Positions 31,922-45,309 of a stretch of DNA of 64,000 bases are shown here, one piece after another; position 1 is the stretch's first letter, and every line of letters begins with the position of its first letter. This stretch comes from Alkalispirochaeta sp. (GTDB lineage: Bacteria; Spirochaetota; Spirochaetia; DSM-27196; Alkalispirochaetaceae), in assembly GCA_965601925.1 (NCBI GenBank), contig OZ271854.1, positions 3,264,001 to 3,328,000 of the forward strand, given 5' to 3'. A program made the position numbers and the translations under genes. Under the pieces are notes generated by a model. The model saw only the letters and a program-made list of their open reading frames with translations. It was not told the DNA's origin and searched no databases.

Positions 31922-32917
31922 TCAGTCCCCCTGACAGAGCGTGACTGCGGCGGTCGTGACAATATCGTCAACCGAGCACCCCCGGGACAAGTCACTCACC
32001 GGCTTGGCAAAACCCTGCAGAAACGGACCGAACGCCTCGGCGCCGGCGAGACGTTGTACCAGCTTGTACCCGATGTTTCCCGCGTTCAAATCGGGAAAGA
32101 TAAGCGTATTCGCTGCGCCCGCTACCGTCGAACCCGGTGCTTTCTTTGCTCCGACACTTTCCACGATCGCGGCATCGAGTTGAAGCTCGCCGTCAACCTT
32201 GAGATCCGGCGCGCGATCCTTGACGATATCGAGGGCGGCCAGAACTTTGTCGACCGACTCGTGCTTCGCGGAGCCCTTGGTGGAGAAGGAGAGCATTGCC
32301 ACCCTTGGTTCCGCCTCCAAAAACGTGCGGCAGCTTTGCGCGGCGGCGACGGTGATTTCCGCCAATTGTTCTACCGTAGGATCGGGGATCGTCGCGCAGT
32401 CGGAGAAGATCATGTGACCGTCGGCTCCCCACGATGCGTCTTTCATTTTCATTACGAAGCAGCTCGAGGCAAAGGTCGTGCCCGGCGCGGTCTTGATGAT
32501 TTGGAACGCCGCCAACAACACGTTACCGGTCGCATTCTCCGCGCCCGCCACCATCGCATCCGCGTCGCCGAGACGCACCATCATGGCGCCCCAACGCAAC
32601 GGCTCCACGATGTGATCGTAGGCCTCGTCCTCAGTCAGGCCCTTCTTTTTACGGAGATCGTGATACTCGGCGGCGTACGCCTTGCGCCGGTCCGACGATT
32701 GCGGCGTGGTGACGACGATACCGTCGAGAGATATCCCCGCCTTTGCCGCCGTCGCCTGTACCTCTTCGGCGACTCCCACGAGGGTCACCTCGGAGGCGAG
32801 CCTTTCATCTACGAGGCGGCGCGCCGCCTCGATTGTGCGCGGCTCCGTCCCTTCGGGCAGAACCAGCCGACGCTGTAACTCTTGGGCGCGGTTTTTCATC
32901 GTCTCTACAAAGTTCAT
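31922..32917 (-). CDS. pta: Phosphate acetyltransferase
   Basis: [37 protein letters not shown] and DLSRG. Confidence 0.95.
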   Translation of the reverse strand: MNFVETMKNRAQELQRRLVLPEGTEPRTIEAARRLVDERLASEVTLVGVAEEVQATAAKAGISLDGIVVTTPQSSDRRKAYAAEYHDLRKKKGLTEDEAYDHIVEPLRWGAMMVRLGDADAMVAGAENATGNVLLAAFQIIKTAPGTTFASSCFVMKMKDASWGADGHMIFSDCATIPDPTVEQLAEITVAAAQSCRTFLEAEPRVAMLSFSTKGSAKHESVDKVLAALDIVKDRAPDLKVDGELQLDAAIVESVGAKKAPGSTVAGAANTLIFPDLNAGNIGYKLVQRLAGAEAFGPFLQGFAKPVSDLSRGCSVDDIVTTAAVTLCQGD

Positions 32918-33037
32918 GTATGGTACTCCTTCGTTTCGCGGACCTGTCTAATGTGCTATATCGCGAGAATAACACAAATCGGCGGCCGATGTAACTTGAG
33001 GAGCGTGGGAGCATCGGGCATACTCGCGGTAGACACG

Positions 33038-33832
33038 ATGGAAGAAAGAGATGAAGTGACTACGTTTCCAGACCGCGCGGCGGTGATTGGACTCGGACGT
33101 TTCGGGCGCTTTTGGGCGGAGCTTCTTACGCGCGAGTTTACCGTCGTCGGCACGAGTCGGCGAGCGATCTCCTCCCTTCCCGAGGCGGTTCGTCAGGTTC
33201 CGATTGAAGAGGCGGCGCGGTCGCCTCTGGTGTTTCTCTCGGTGTCCATATCGTCCATGCCCGAGGTATTAGATCGCATCGCTCCGCGCTTGTCGGCCGA
33301 CTCGACGGTGATCGATACGTGTTCCGTGAAGGTTTTTCCGGTACGGGAGATGGAACGCCGTCTCCCCGAAACGGTCGATATCGTGGCGTGTCACCCGATG
33401 TTCGGCCCCGACTCCGCCTCGGCGCGGTCCGATGCGCTTCCCGTCATCACATGGCCCGTTCGTGACCGTCTCGAGCGGTACGATGAGCTTCTCCGGCGGT
33501 TTCGAAGTCTCAACATGCGCGTCGTCGAGATGTCGCCGGAGGATCACGATCGTGAGGCCGCGTTCACCCAAGGGGTAACGCATCTTGTCGGGAGACTCCT
33601 CGATGAGATGAATCTCGGCGCCAGTGATATCGCGACCCTCGGGTATACGCGGTTGCTGCAGGTGATGGAGCAAACGTGTAACGACCCACTACAACTCTTC
33701 CAAGACCTCCAGCGATTCAATCCGTTTACACGGCAGATGCGGCGCCGCTTCACCGAGGCGTTGGAGCGCACCGAAGCGCTCCTCGTCGACGGTCGGACGC
33801 CGAATCTTGACCAGAACGAGGCGACGCGTTAG
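33038..33832 (+). CDS. tyrA: Prephenate/arogenate dehydrogenase
   Basis: GLGRFG, DTCSVK, HPMFGP and HDR...TQGVTH; start reassigned to ATG 33038. Confidence 0.85.
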   Translation: MEERDEVTTFPDRAAVIGLGRFGRFWAELLTREFTVVGTSRRAISSLPEAVRQVPIEEAARSPLVFLSVSISSMPEVLDRIAPRLSADSTVIDTCSVKVFPVREMERRLPETVDIVACHPMFGPDSASARSDALPVITWPVRDRLERYDELLRRFRSLNMRVVEMSPEDHDREAAFTQGVTHLVGRLLDEMNLGASDIATLGYTRLLQVMEQTCNDPLQLFQDLQRFNPFTRQMRRRFTEALERTEALLVDGRTPNLDQNEATR

Positions 33833-33844
33833 CCTGATTCGGTA

Positions 33845-34213
33845 ATGGCAGAGCTTCGTGTTAGGACGATCGACGAATCCCAGCTGGAGACGGTACTCGC
33901 CCACGATATCGAGTTCGAGGGAACGATCGAGTTTTCCGAACCGCTACTCGTGAAGGGAAATGTTCGCGGTGAAATCAAATCGGAATCGGATCTCTTCGTG
34001 GCCGAGTCGGCGCGGATCGACGCCGATATCCGTGCCGCTCGCGTTTCGGTGAAAGGTGTCGTCGTAGGAGATATCGATGCAACCGAGCGTATCGAACTCT
34101 TTTCCGGTGCCGGTATCGAAGGCAATATTCGTACTCCGGATCTCGTTGTGCAAAGCGGCAGCTCCCTGACGGGACGGTGCGAGATGCCGCGAAGGGACGG
34201 CGATGAAACGTAG
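33845..34213 (+). CDS. Bactofilin (polymer-forming cytoskeletal protein)
   Basis: Beta-helix repeats FEGTI, VKGNVRGEI, VKGVVVGDI, IEGNI and LTGRCEM. Confidence 0.88.
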   Translation: MAELRVRTIDESQLETVLAHDIEFEGTIEFSEPLLVKGNVRGEIKSESDLFVAESARIDADIRAARVSVKGVVVGDIDATERIELFSGAGIEGNIRTPDLVVQSGSSLTGRCEMPRRDGDET

Positions 34214-34847
34214 GTGTTACGGCGATTCGCGCGGTAGACGTGTGGCGGCCGGCGTTTTGGGCCTACTCGTCCTGTCGCTTGCCCAAGCGGCGGCTCAGGA
34301 GCGCCCCGACGCCTTGGTGCTGTATCGTCAAAGGGACTACGAGGCGGCGGTGGAAGTCACACTTGCCGAAATTGCCGAGAACCCGGCCAACCTCGACTCT
34401 TATACGGTTCTCGGGTGGAGTCTGTTGGCCCTGGGGCGAAACGACGACGCGTTACGGTACGGTATGCAGGGCTTGGACGTCAGCCGGTTCGACCACCGCC
34501 TGGTAAACGTCGTCGGGGAGGCGCACTTCCGCCTCGGTAATTACGTAGAGTCCCTAGAGTATATGCAGAACTACGCCGCCCTGGCGCCGCAGGGCAATCT
34601 CATCGACGAGGTCTACTACGTCATGGGTGAGATCCACCTTCGGATTGAGGAGTACAACCACGCCGATATCGCGCTGACCACAGCGGTGTTTCTCGACGGA
34701 ACGAGGGCGCAATGGTGGACGCGTCTCGGATACGCGCGCGAGATGGCGGGCCTCTTACAGACTGCGGAGGAGGCGTATCGCGCGGCGTTGGAGCGCAACC
34801 CCGCCTCAATTGAGGCTCAACGCGGGCTGGAGCGCGTAACCGGATAG
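34203..34847 (+). CDS. Exported TPR protein
   Basis: Signal peptide (AQAAA-Q); TPR units LGWSLLALG, VGEAHFRLG, LGYAREMAG and YRAALERNP. Confidence 0.8.
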   Translation: MKRRCYGDSRGRRVAAGVLGLLVLSLAQAAAQERPDALVLYRQRDYEAAVEVTLAEIAENPANLDSYTVLGWSLLALGRNDDALRYGMQGLDVSRFDHRLVNVVGEAHFRLGNYVESLEYMQNYAALAPQGNLIDEVYYVMGEIHLRIEEYNHADIALTTAVFLDGTRAQWWTRLGYAREMAGLLQTAEEAYRAALERNPASIEAQRGLERVTG

Positions 34848-34891
34848 CCGCCTCGAGCGTCCATTTTCTCGCACATCCGATTTGCGGAACC

Positions 34892-34921
34892 TTGACATTC
34901 TTCTCGGGGGCTCGCTATAGT
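34892..34921 (+). promoter_or_regulatory. Sigma70 promoter for tRNA-Lys
   Basis: TTGACA-N18-TATAGT followed by a GC-rich discriminator. Confidence 0.65.
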
Positions 34922-34938
34922 GCGCGGGCATCAAAGGG

Positions 34939-35011
34939 GGGCCGCTAGCTCAGCTGGTAGAGCAACGCCCTTTTAAGGCGTGGGTCACTGGTTCGAACCC
35001 AGTGCGGCTCA
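34939..35011 (+). tRNA. tRNA-Lys(UUU)
   Basis: Cloverleaf GGGCCGC/GCGGCTC; anticodon arm ACGCC-CTTTTAA-GGCGT; GTTCGAACC; CCA not encoded. Confidence 0.95.
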
Positions 35012-35023
35012 GGGTCGGTGTAG

Positions 35024-35052
35024 TTGACTGGCTTCGCGCTTGTCGCTACAGT
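35024..35052 (+). promoter_or_regulatory. Sigma70 promoter for tRNA-Glu
   Basis: TTGACT-N17-TACAGT. Confidence 0.6.
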
Positions 35053-35066
35053 CCCGACAGATGCGC

Positions 35067-35138
35067 GTCTCCTTCGTCTAGTGGTTAGGACACCGGGTTT
35101 TCATCCCGGCAACGCGGGTTCGATCCCCGCAGGAGATG
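35067..35138 (+). tRNA. tRNA-Glu(UUC)
   Basis: Acceptor GTCTCCT/AGGAGAT; anticodon arm CCGGG-TTTTCAT-CCCGG; GTTCGATCC. Confidence 0.95.
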
Positions 35139-35368
35139 GTCTCTTCCCGTACCGAAACACCGCAGTGTAATCGCGGCTTAATGGATCCGAACGTCCGGTT
35201 CGTGACCCGTCTTACTATTCGACTCTTTTCCTCAAACGGTGGGCGTTAGACGGCTGCCGAAAAGAATGGTGAGCGGCTACGCACTGCATCTCCGCGCCCG
35301 GCTTTCTTGTTGTAAACCTAACATTCTCACGATATATTGCGGGAAAATCGTTTGCACAGGAGCGAGGA

Positions 35369-36163
35369 ATGAGTTTAAAAAAATGGAGTATCTCGACTGT
35401 GGTCGTGTTGATCCTGTTGATCGCCCCTTCCGTGAGCGCACAGTCACTCAAGGGTATGAGTCTCAACGGGGCGACCGGCCTCATCGGTATACCCTCGGGG
35501 CGTGTGGGATGGGAGCGTACCGCCGACCTCGGATTCGATCTCGGATATCATTGGATACAAGATGACGACGAAAGCGCCCACATTCCCAAGGCGAGTATCA
35601 GTCTGTTTCAGCTGGCGGAGTTCTCATTCGCCTACGATACGAATCGCGGTGACGACGAAGAAGATTGGATCTTCGGCGGAAAGTTTCAGCTGCCTACCAG
35701 CGGTACGGCCGTCGCATTGGGAGCTAACCTTCAGTCCATACAGAACGGCGGTGATACGGAGACTGCACAACAGATCTATCTCGCCGCCACCTATCCCGGC
35801 ACCTTCTTCCGTATGCCCGCCGAGACGACCTTCGTAGTCGGTAAGACCTTCGGCGACGCCCCTCAGGTACCGGAAGACGAGTCGATCGATTTCGGCATGG
35901 GATTTGATCTCGTCCTGTTTCCCGAAATCTTTCAAGGCTACATCCACTGGATCAACGACTTCTCCAACTTTAGCTACAGCGTCGATGCGGTCGGCGCCGA
36001 GGCCGGTATACGCGGAGCATTCAATACCGGTATTCGGATCGACCTTGCCGCCAACCCCAACCTGAGCCGATTCAAGTTCGTTATCGATGCGATGGTCACC
36101 GATGCGCTCGACGATAACCGCACCCTCGGCCTGGGGGTCGCCTTCGGGGCGCCGATTCGCTAA
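35369..36163 (+). CDS. Putative outer-membrane beta-barrel protein
   Basis: Signal peptide (VSA-Q); GATGLIGIPS N-terminus; alternating hydrophobic strands (GFDLGYH, FSFAYD, GGKFQL, LGLGVAFG). Confidence 0.6.
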   Translation: MSLKKWSISTVVVLILLIAPSVSAQSLKGMSLNGATGLIGIPSGRVGWERTADLGFDLGYHWIQDDDESAHIPKASISLFQLAEFSFAYDTNRGDDEEDWIFGGKFQLPTSGTAVALGANLQSIQNGGDTETAQQIYLAATYPGTFFRMPAETTFVVGKTFGDAPQVPEDESIDFGMGFDLVLFPEIFQGYIHWINDFSNFSYSVDAVGAEAGIRGAFNTGIRIDLAANPNLSRFKFVIDAMVTDALDDNRTLGLGVAFGAPIR

Positions 36164-36208
36164 TCGTCCCGGTCTACATCGATCGTAGAGCGACGCGAAA
36201 TTGGCAGG

Positions 36209-36235
36209 AAAGCCGCCTTCGGGCGGCTTTTTTTT
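36209..36235 (+). terminator. Rho-independent terminator
   Basis: AAAGCCGCC-TTCG-GGCGGCTTT followed by a T run. Confidence 0.9.
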
Positions 36236-36262
36236 GTGCGCATCGTCGCATATACTCCTCCC

Positions 36263-37354
36263 ATGGATCAGGTGATACTACGAGCCCGGGACCTCGACGA
36301 GTTTCTTACCGAGCAGGATAAGGATGTCGTCGGCGAGATGGATCGACTCTACCGACGCGCCTTGGATACGATGAAGGTGCTCAACAGTTCTCCCAACGAA
36401 GAACGCCAACGAAAGGCGCGACAAGAACTCATCGAGCTATATCAGATCATGGGCGATCGAATGCAGGAAATCACCGCGGCGGAACCGCGCATTAAGGTGT
36501 ACTCCTTTCAGACTCCCCGAGCAGCGCACGGCGAAGCGTCACGACTGATCGCCAAACTCCGGGACACGCGTACGCAGGAGAGTGAGTTCGTCTACTACAT
36601 CCAACGAGCGTACGAACTCCTGTTCAACTTGGCGTACGCCGAGCCCGACAACCACCATAAGAACCACCTGATAGTCCGCACTCCGGTGACCGAGCCGGTA
36701 CAAAACTTCGCGGTGCACAAGATTCCCGATGTAGACGACGCACTCGAGAACACCGTGATGTGTGTGATGCTTCGCGGAGCGCTCCTGCCGTCGATGATTA
36801 TGTCCAAGGAAATTCAGGAGTACACCTCTACCGCCTATGTGCCTCCTTTTGCACTGTTCCGAATCAGCCGCGACGACAGCAAGATGGAATCCAACATGGA
36901 GTATATTCTCGATCTCGAACGCTCGTTCTTCGACCTGCAGTCCCTTGACGGTAAGGATCTGATCTTCGCCGATCCGATGAACGCCACAGGCGGTAGCCTC
37001 GTAACCATCGTGCAGTACCTGTACAAGTGCGGTATCAAGCCCCGATCCATACGCTTTTTCAACGCGATTTCGGCACTCAAGGGGGCGTTGCGCATTGCGC
37101 GCGCGATCGAAGATGCCAACGTCTATACACTGTGGATGGACCCCGTGCTCAATGAGGCGGCCTATATTCTGCCCGGCTTAGGTGACGCCGGCGATCGTCT
37201 CAATGGACGCGATGTAGAAGATGCGCCGCGCAACATCATCCAGTTGATCGCCGATTACGGTTCGACCATATCGAATCTCTATCGAGCGCAGGTCAGAGAG
37301 ATCGAACGTACCGTGCTCGGTACGACGAAGCCCAAAAGGAGTAGGCCGTCATAG
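36263..37354 (+). CDS. upp: Uracil phosphoribosyltransferase, long form
   Basis: DPMNATGGS (PRPP loop) and YILPGLGDAGDR; N-terminal extension. Start at ATG 36263. Confidence 0.85.
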   Translation: MDQVILRARDLDEFLTEQDKDVVGEMDRLYRRALDTMKVLNSSPNEERQRKARQELIELYQIMGDRMQEITAAEPRIKVYSFQTPRAAHGEASRLIAKLRDTRTQESEFVYYIQRAYELLFNLAYAEPDNHHKNHLIVRTPVTEPVQNFAVHKIPDVDDALENTVMCVMLRGALLPSMIMSKEIQEYTSTAYVPPFALFRISRDDSKMESNMEYILDLERSFFDLQSLDGKDLIFADPMNATGGSLVTIVQYLYKCGIKPRSIRFFNAISALKGALRIARAIEDANVYTLWMDPVLNEAAYILPGLGDAGDRLNGRDVEDAPRNIIQLIADYGSTISNLYRAQVREIERTVLGTTKPKRSRPS

Positions 37355-38301
37355 CGAAGCGCGTCCCCTCGCTTGCACTCCTGCCGACCGTTCTCCTGGC
37401 TGTCTCGTGCGTCGGCAACGTCAATTCGCGGTTGCTCGCCGAGGAGTATTTCAATCTCGGAAACATCTACTTCGAGTTGGGTGAGTACGAGAGTTCCTTC
37501 GAGTATTATCAACGCGCCATCGCGCTTACCGACGAGGTTCCGGGTGCGGGGTACAATCTCGCACGCCTCCACGAGCGCCGCGAAGAGTTCGACGAGGCTC
37601 TTACGGTACTGGACGAGCTCATCGCCGACGATCCGGAAAACGGGCTGTATCGTGAAACGCGAGCCTACGTACTCTTTCGCGCGGGACGTTCGGAGGATGC
37701 GCGGGCATTGTATGCCGATCTGATAGGAGACCATCCTGCGCGCGTTCGTATTCGATACAACCTCGCAGTCTTCGAGTTGTTGGACGAGCGTCCGGAAGAG
37801 GCGCTTGCCGTACTCGACGGCGGTATCGACTTTGCCCGCGACGATCCGGAGTACCGGTGGCTCACCGCCGAAGCGGCGTACCTATCCGAGGATGAGGAGC
37901 GCGCCGTGCGTGAGCTCGAGCTCTTCCGTGCCCTGTCGGAGGACGACAACGAACGGCTCGGTCGGTTGGCGAGTCGCCAAGCCGAATGGGGATTCAGCCT
38001 CGCCGCTCTCGAGCTTCTCACCGCGATCCCGGAGTTGGCCGAGGACGACGTATCGCTGCGGTTTCTCGAGGCGCAACTGTATCTTCTTGATACACCGGAG
38101 TTTGATTTGGGTGTGGGCTCATTGGAGCTTGCACTCGACAACGGATTCGACGATCGGGTGGCGATCGATGAGCTCGTCGCGCAACTTCCCGATGACGAGC
38201 GCGCGATCGTCGACGCATTGGTAACGGAGCGGTTGGGAGAACCCGACGACACCGAAGTGCCCGATGCAGAAGAATCCGGCGAAGAGGAGAGCGAGGAGTA
38301 A
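37351..38301 (+). CDS. TPR lipoprotein (probable ATA start)
   Basis: In-frame IAKRVPSLALLPTVLLAVSC lipobox upstream of the track start; TPR EYFNLGNIYFELGEY and YNLA repeats. Confidence 0.78.
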   Translation: MAKRVPSLALLPTVLLAVSCVGNVNSRLLAEEYFNLGNIYFELGEYESSFEYYQRAIALTDEVPGAGYNLARLHERREEFDEALTVLDELIADDPENGLYRETRAYVLFRAGRSEDARALYADLIGDHPARVRIRYNLAVFELLDERPEEALAVLDGGIDFARDDPEYRWLTAEAAYLSEDEERAVRELELFRALSEDDNERLGRLASRQAEWGFSLAALELLTAIPELAEDDVSLRFLEAQLYLLDTPEFDLGVGSLELALDNGFDDRVAIDELVAQLPDDERAIVDALVTERLGEPDDTEVPDAEESGEEESEE

Positions 38302-38337
38302 CGGCACGTCGGTAGTCCGACGCGCCGGATGGATCCA

Positions 38338-38970
38338 TTACGAGACGCCGAGGAGCTCCTTCAGTTGCTCGAATACCACTTTTGGCGGCGGTGAGGCGTC
38401 CAAATCCACCAACTGCGAACGATCTCTGTAGTACGCAATAAGCGGCTCGGTCTGATCGCGGTAGACGCGTAAACGATTCTTGATCGCATCCTCTTTATCG
38501 TCTTCCCGTTGAACCAGGGGCTCTCCCGTCTCGTCGTCGAGGCCCTCTCGTTTCGGAGGGCTGAAAAGTACGTGGTACGTTCGTCCGCTCTCGGGGTGGA
38601 CGCGACGTCCCGACAGACGCTTCACCACCTCATCGTCGACCAATTCGAAGTTTACCACACGGGTCAGTGCCGCCATCTCGCCCAACGCATCGGCCTGCGG
38701 TATGGTTCGAGGAAACCCGTCGAGGATGAAGCCGCTCTTCGCGTCTTCGTGCGTCAGGCGATCGCGCACCAACTCGATGGTCAACTCATCGGGTACCAGC
38801 TCACCGCTATCGAGTATCGCTTTTACTTTTTTCCCCAGGTCCGTTTCGTTTTTAATATTGAATCGAAAGATGTCGCCCGTGGAGATGTGCGGAATCGTTA
38901 CGTGCTCGGCGAGACGGCTCGCCATCGTGCCCTTGCCGGCGCCCGGAGGGCCGAGAAATACCAGTTTCAT
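38338..38970 (-). CDS. adk: Adenylate kinase
   Basis: GPPGAGKGT, HISTGD, GFILDGFPR and REDD. Confidence 0.97.
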   Translation of the reverse strand: MKLVFLGPPGAGKGTMASRLAEHVTIPHISTGDIFRFNIKNETDLGKKVKAILDSGELVPDELTIELVRDRLTHEDAKSGFILDGFPRTIPQADALGEMAALTRVVNFELVDDEVVKRLSGRRVHPESGRTYHVLFSPPKREGLDDETGEPLVQREDDKEDAIKNRLRVYRDQTEPLIAYYRDRSQLVDLDASPPPKVVFEQLKELLGVS

Positions 38971-39107
38971 GTATGTACCTCCCTGTGATGTGTGCGCTTA
39001 TCTTAGGTTGACCTCAGGCTCAGGTCAAGAAAATGTCGGCGCCGCCTCGATGACGGAATTGCCGTTTCTTGCTTGCCGCTGCATGACCAAAGCGCTACCG
39101 TGTAAGC

Positions 39108-39449
39108 ATGAGTGTATGGGACGAGCTACAACACAACGTGCGTAATTCCACGAAGCAATGGCTTGATTGGGCGCACCGTCATGCGCAGGAGATCGGTGAC
39201 ACGAGCATGCGTCATATCGAGCGGCAGGATCTACTCGCCGAGCGTCGCCAGTTGCTTCTTCGCCTCGGTGAATCGTTGGCCGATCGGTTTCTCGTCGAGG
39301 GTAAAAAGACGGTGAGATCGGACAGCCCGGAGTTCCGCGAGGCACTCGATCGTGTCTCCGAGATCGATAGACGCCTTGACGAGCTTGCACAGGCGGACGA
39401 GCTACACTCTTCCAAAAAAAAGACGAAAAACTTTCCCCAAAAGAGTTGA
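39108..39449 (+). CDS. Hypothetical coiled-coil protein
   Basis: 113-aa helical/heptad ORF with its own promoter-like TTGCCG-N17-TACCGT. Confidence 0.6.
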   Translation: MSVWDELQHNVRNSTKQWLDWAHRHAQEIGDTSMRHIERQDLLAERRQLLLRLGESLADRFLVEGKKTVRSDSPEFREALDRVSEIDRRLDELAQADELHSSKKKTKNFPQKS

Positions 39450-39586
39450 CTGGGGAGGAGGTGATTTGATAGGGTGCGTCTCACGCCGCAGGGATGCGGT
39501 GGTCGGAGAGAGGCGCGAGGGCACGCGAGAGGCGTGCAAGAAACGCTTGTGAGTAGTTGACACTACTTGGGGGAGTTTGGTAGGAT
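39446..39586 (+). promoter_or_regulatory. Tandem rrn promoters P1/P2
   Basis: TTGACT-N18-TAGGGT (39446-39475) after phased A tracts; TTGACA-N18-TAGGAT (39557-39586). Confidence 0.6.
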
Positions 39587-39667
39587 ACGCGCCTGTCACA
39601 ACAATGGTGCAAGAGATATGAGACGCGTGCGGGAGCATGAGGGATCGTATGCGCTTTTGAAGTGACG

Positions 39668-39717
39668 AGCTCTTTTACATGGCAAGGGAAGGGAAGGACG
39701 CGTACAGGAGAAGCGGG
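39668..39717 (+). promoter_or_regulatory. rrn leader boxA-like site and 16S processing-stem arm
   Basis: AGCTCTTTTACA resembles boxA; 39689-39717 is complementary to 41428-41451. A second boxA TGTTCTTTAACA lies at 41591-41602. Confidence 0.65.
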
Positions 39718-39761
39718 TCTCATAAATGAGACACAGAGCGTCCCTTCGGGGACGTAGTATA

Positions 39762-41302
<1,541 letters not shown>

Positions 41303-41458
41303 CTACGAGAAAGGTCACATCGGCTCAACCGGTCGTTCTGCGATCGTGCCGATGCATGTGATATCACGGTTTCGTGATATCAGAGGGGCCGTCGGCCCCG
41401 GGAGTACGACCTCGGTCGTCCTCCCACCCCGCTTCTCCTGCGTCCTTCCTTTTTTATA

Positions 41459-41532
41459 GGGCCTGTAGCTCAGTCGGTTAGAGCACTTCTCTGATAAGGA
41501 AGGGGTCACTAGTTCGAGTCTAGTCAGGCCCA
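41459..41532 (+). tRNA. tRNA-Ile(GAU) in the 16S-23S spacer
   Basis: GGGCCTG/CAGGCCC acceptor; anticodon arm CTTCT-CTGATAA-GGAAG. Confidence 0.95.
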
Positions 41533-41732
41533 GTAGTAGCGTTGCGAAATGCAATGCTTTTTTTAACGGATTTTAGTTTTATCCGTTGAGTGTTCTTTAA
41601 CAGCGATAGGGAAGGGAAGAAGGAAAGCGAACGCGGAGTGTGCATGCGGAAGCATGCATATGAGATACGCAGGAGTGCGTATCCGGTACACATGCGAGTG
41701 TGTATGAGATAAGCGTCGTGAGAGACTCATAT

Positions 41733-44666
<2,934 letters not shown>

Positions 44667-44781
44667 TATGAGGCCTCTCAGGACGCTTATCATACGCCGC
44701 ATTCCTTCCTTCTTCCCGTTCGTATCCCGGCACCGACGCCGCGATGATACGAACTACCTATCAATTATCGTGTCTATTACA

Positions 44782-44895
<114 letters not shown>

Positions 44896-45255
44896 TTTTT
44901 TTATGCCCAGACGACAGAATGGGTATAAAAAACGTATGGGAACCCCGTTCGCGTACCCCAAGCGTTAGGCGTAGTCAAACGCTAAGCCCCAGTGGGGCAG
45001 GCGACAGCCGAGGACCGCGAACCTCCCCCATGCACCCTATATGCCCAATGCGGAGTATCATCACGTACGAGCGCCGGACGGACTTGTGTCCGTGTCCTGA
45101 GGCACGTTTGCCTATCTCGGAGATAATGATCTATACTACCCGAAGTAGCTCCGATCGTCGGTGGTTCTACCGAAATTGAGACGTGCCGATAGCGTATTGA
45201 GCGGCGCAGCGCGGTAACGTCCTAAGGCGGCACACACCATCGTCTAACTTTACCC

Positions 45256-45284
45256 TTGCTCGATGAGACTCTTTGCTCTATCAT
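45256..45284 (+). promoter_or_regulatory. Putative sigma70 promoter of the ABC transporter operon
   Basis: TTGCTC-N17-TATCAT, then AAGGAG SD before ATG 45310. Confidence 0.5.
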
Positions 45285-45309
45285 CAACTCAAAACTAAAG
45301 GAGTGATTT

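Noticed and set aside
35139..35368. Possible integration site or sigma54 promoter after tRNA-Glu
   Set aside because: No integrase or tRNA 3' duplication. The GG-N10-GC match at 35342-35355 has a poor -24 and would exclude the SD.
45101..45187. Glycine or purine riboswitch
   Set aside because: Only fragments (GGAGA, CCGAAG, TTCTACC) match and the core consensus is missing; kept only as an unassigned candidate structure.
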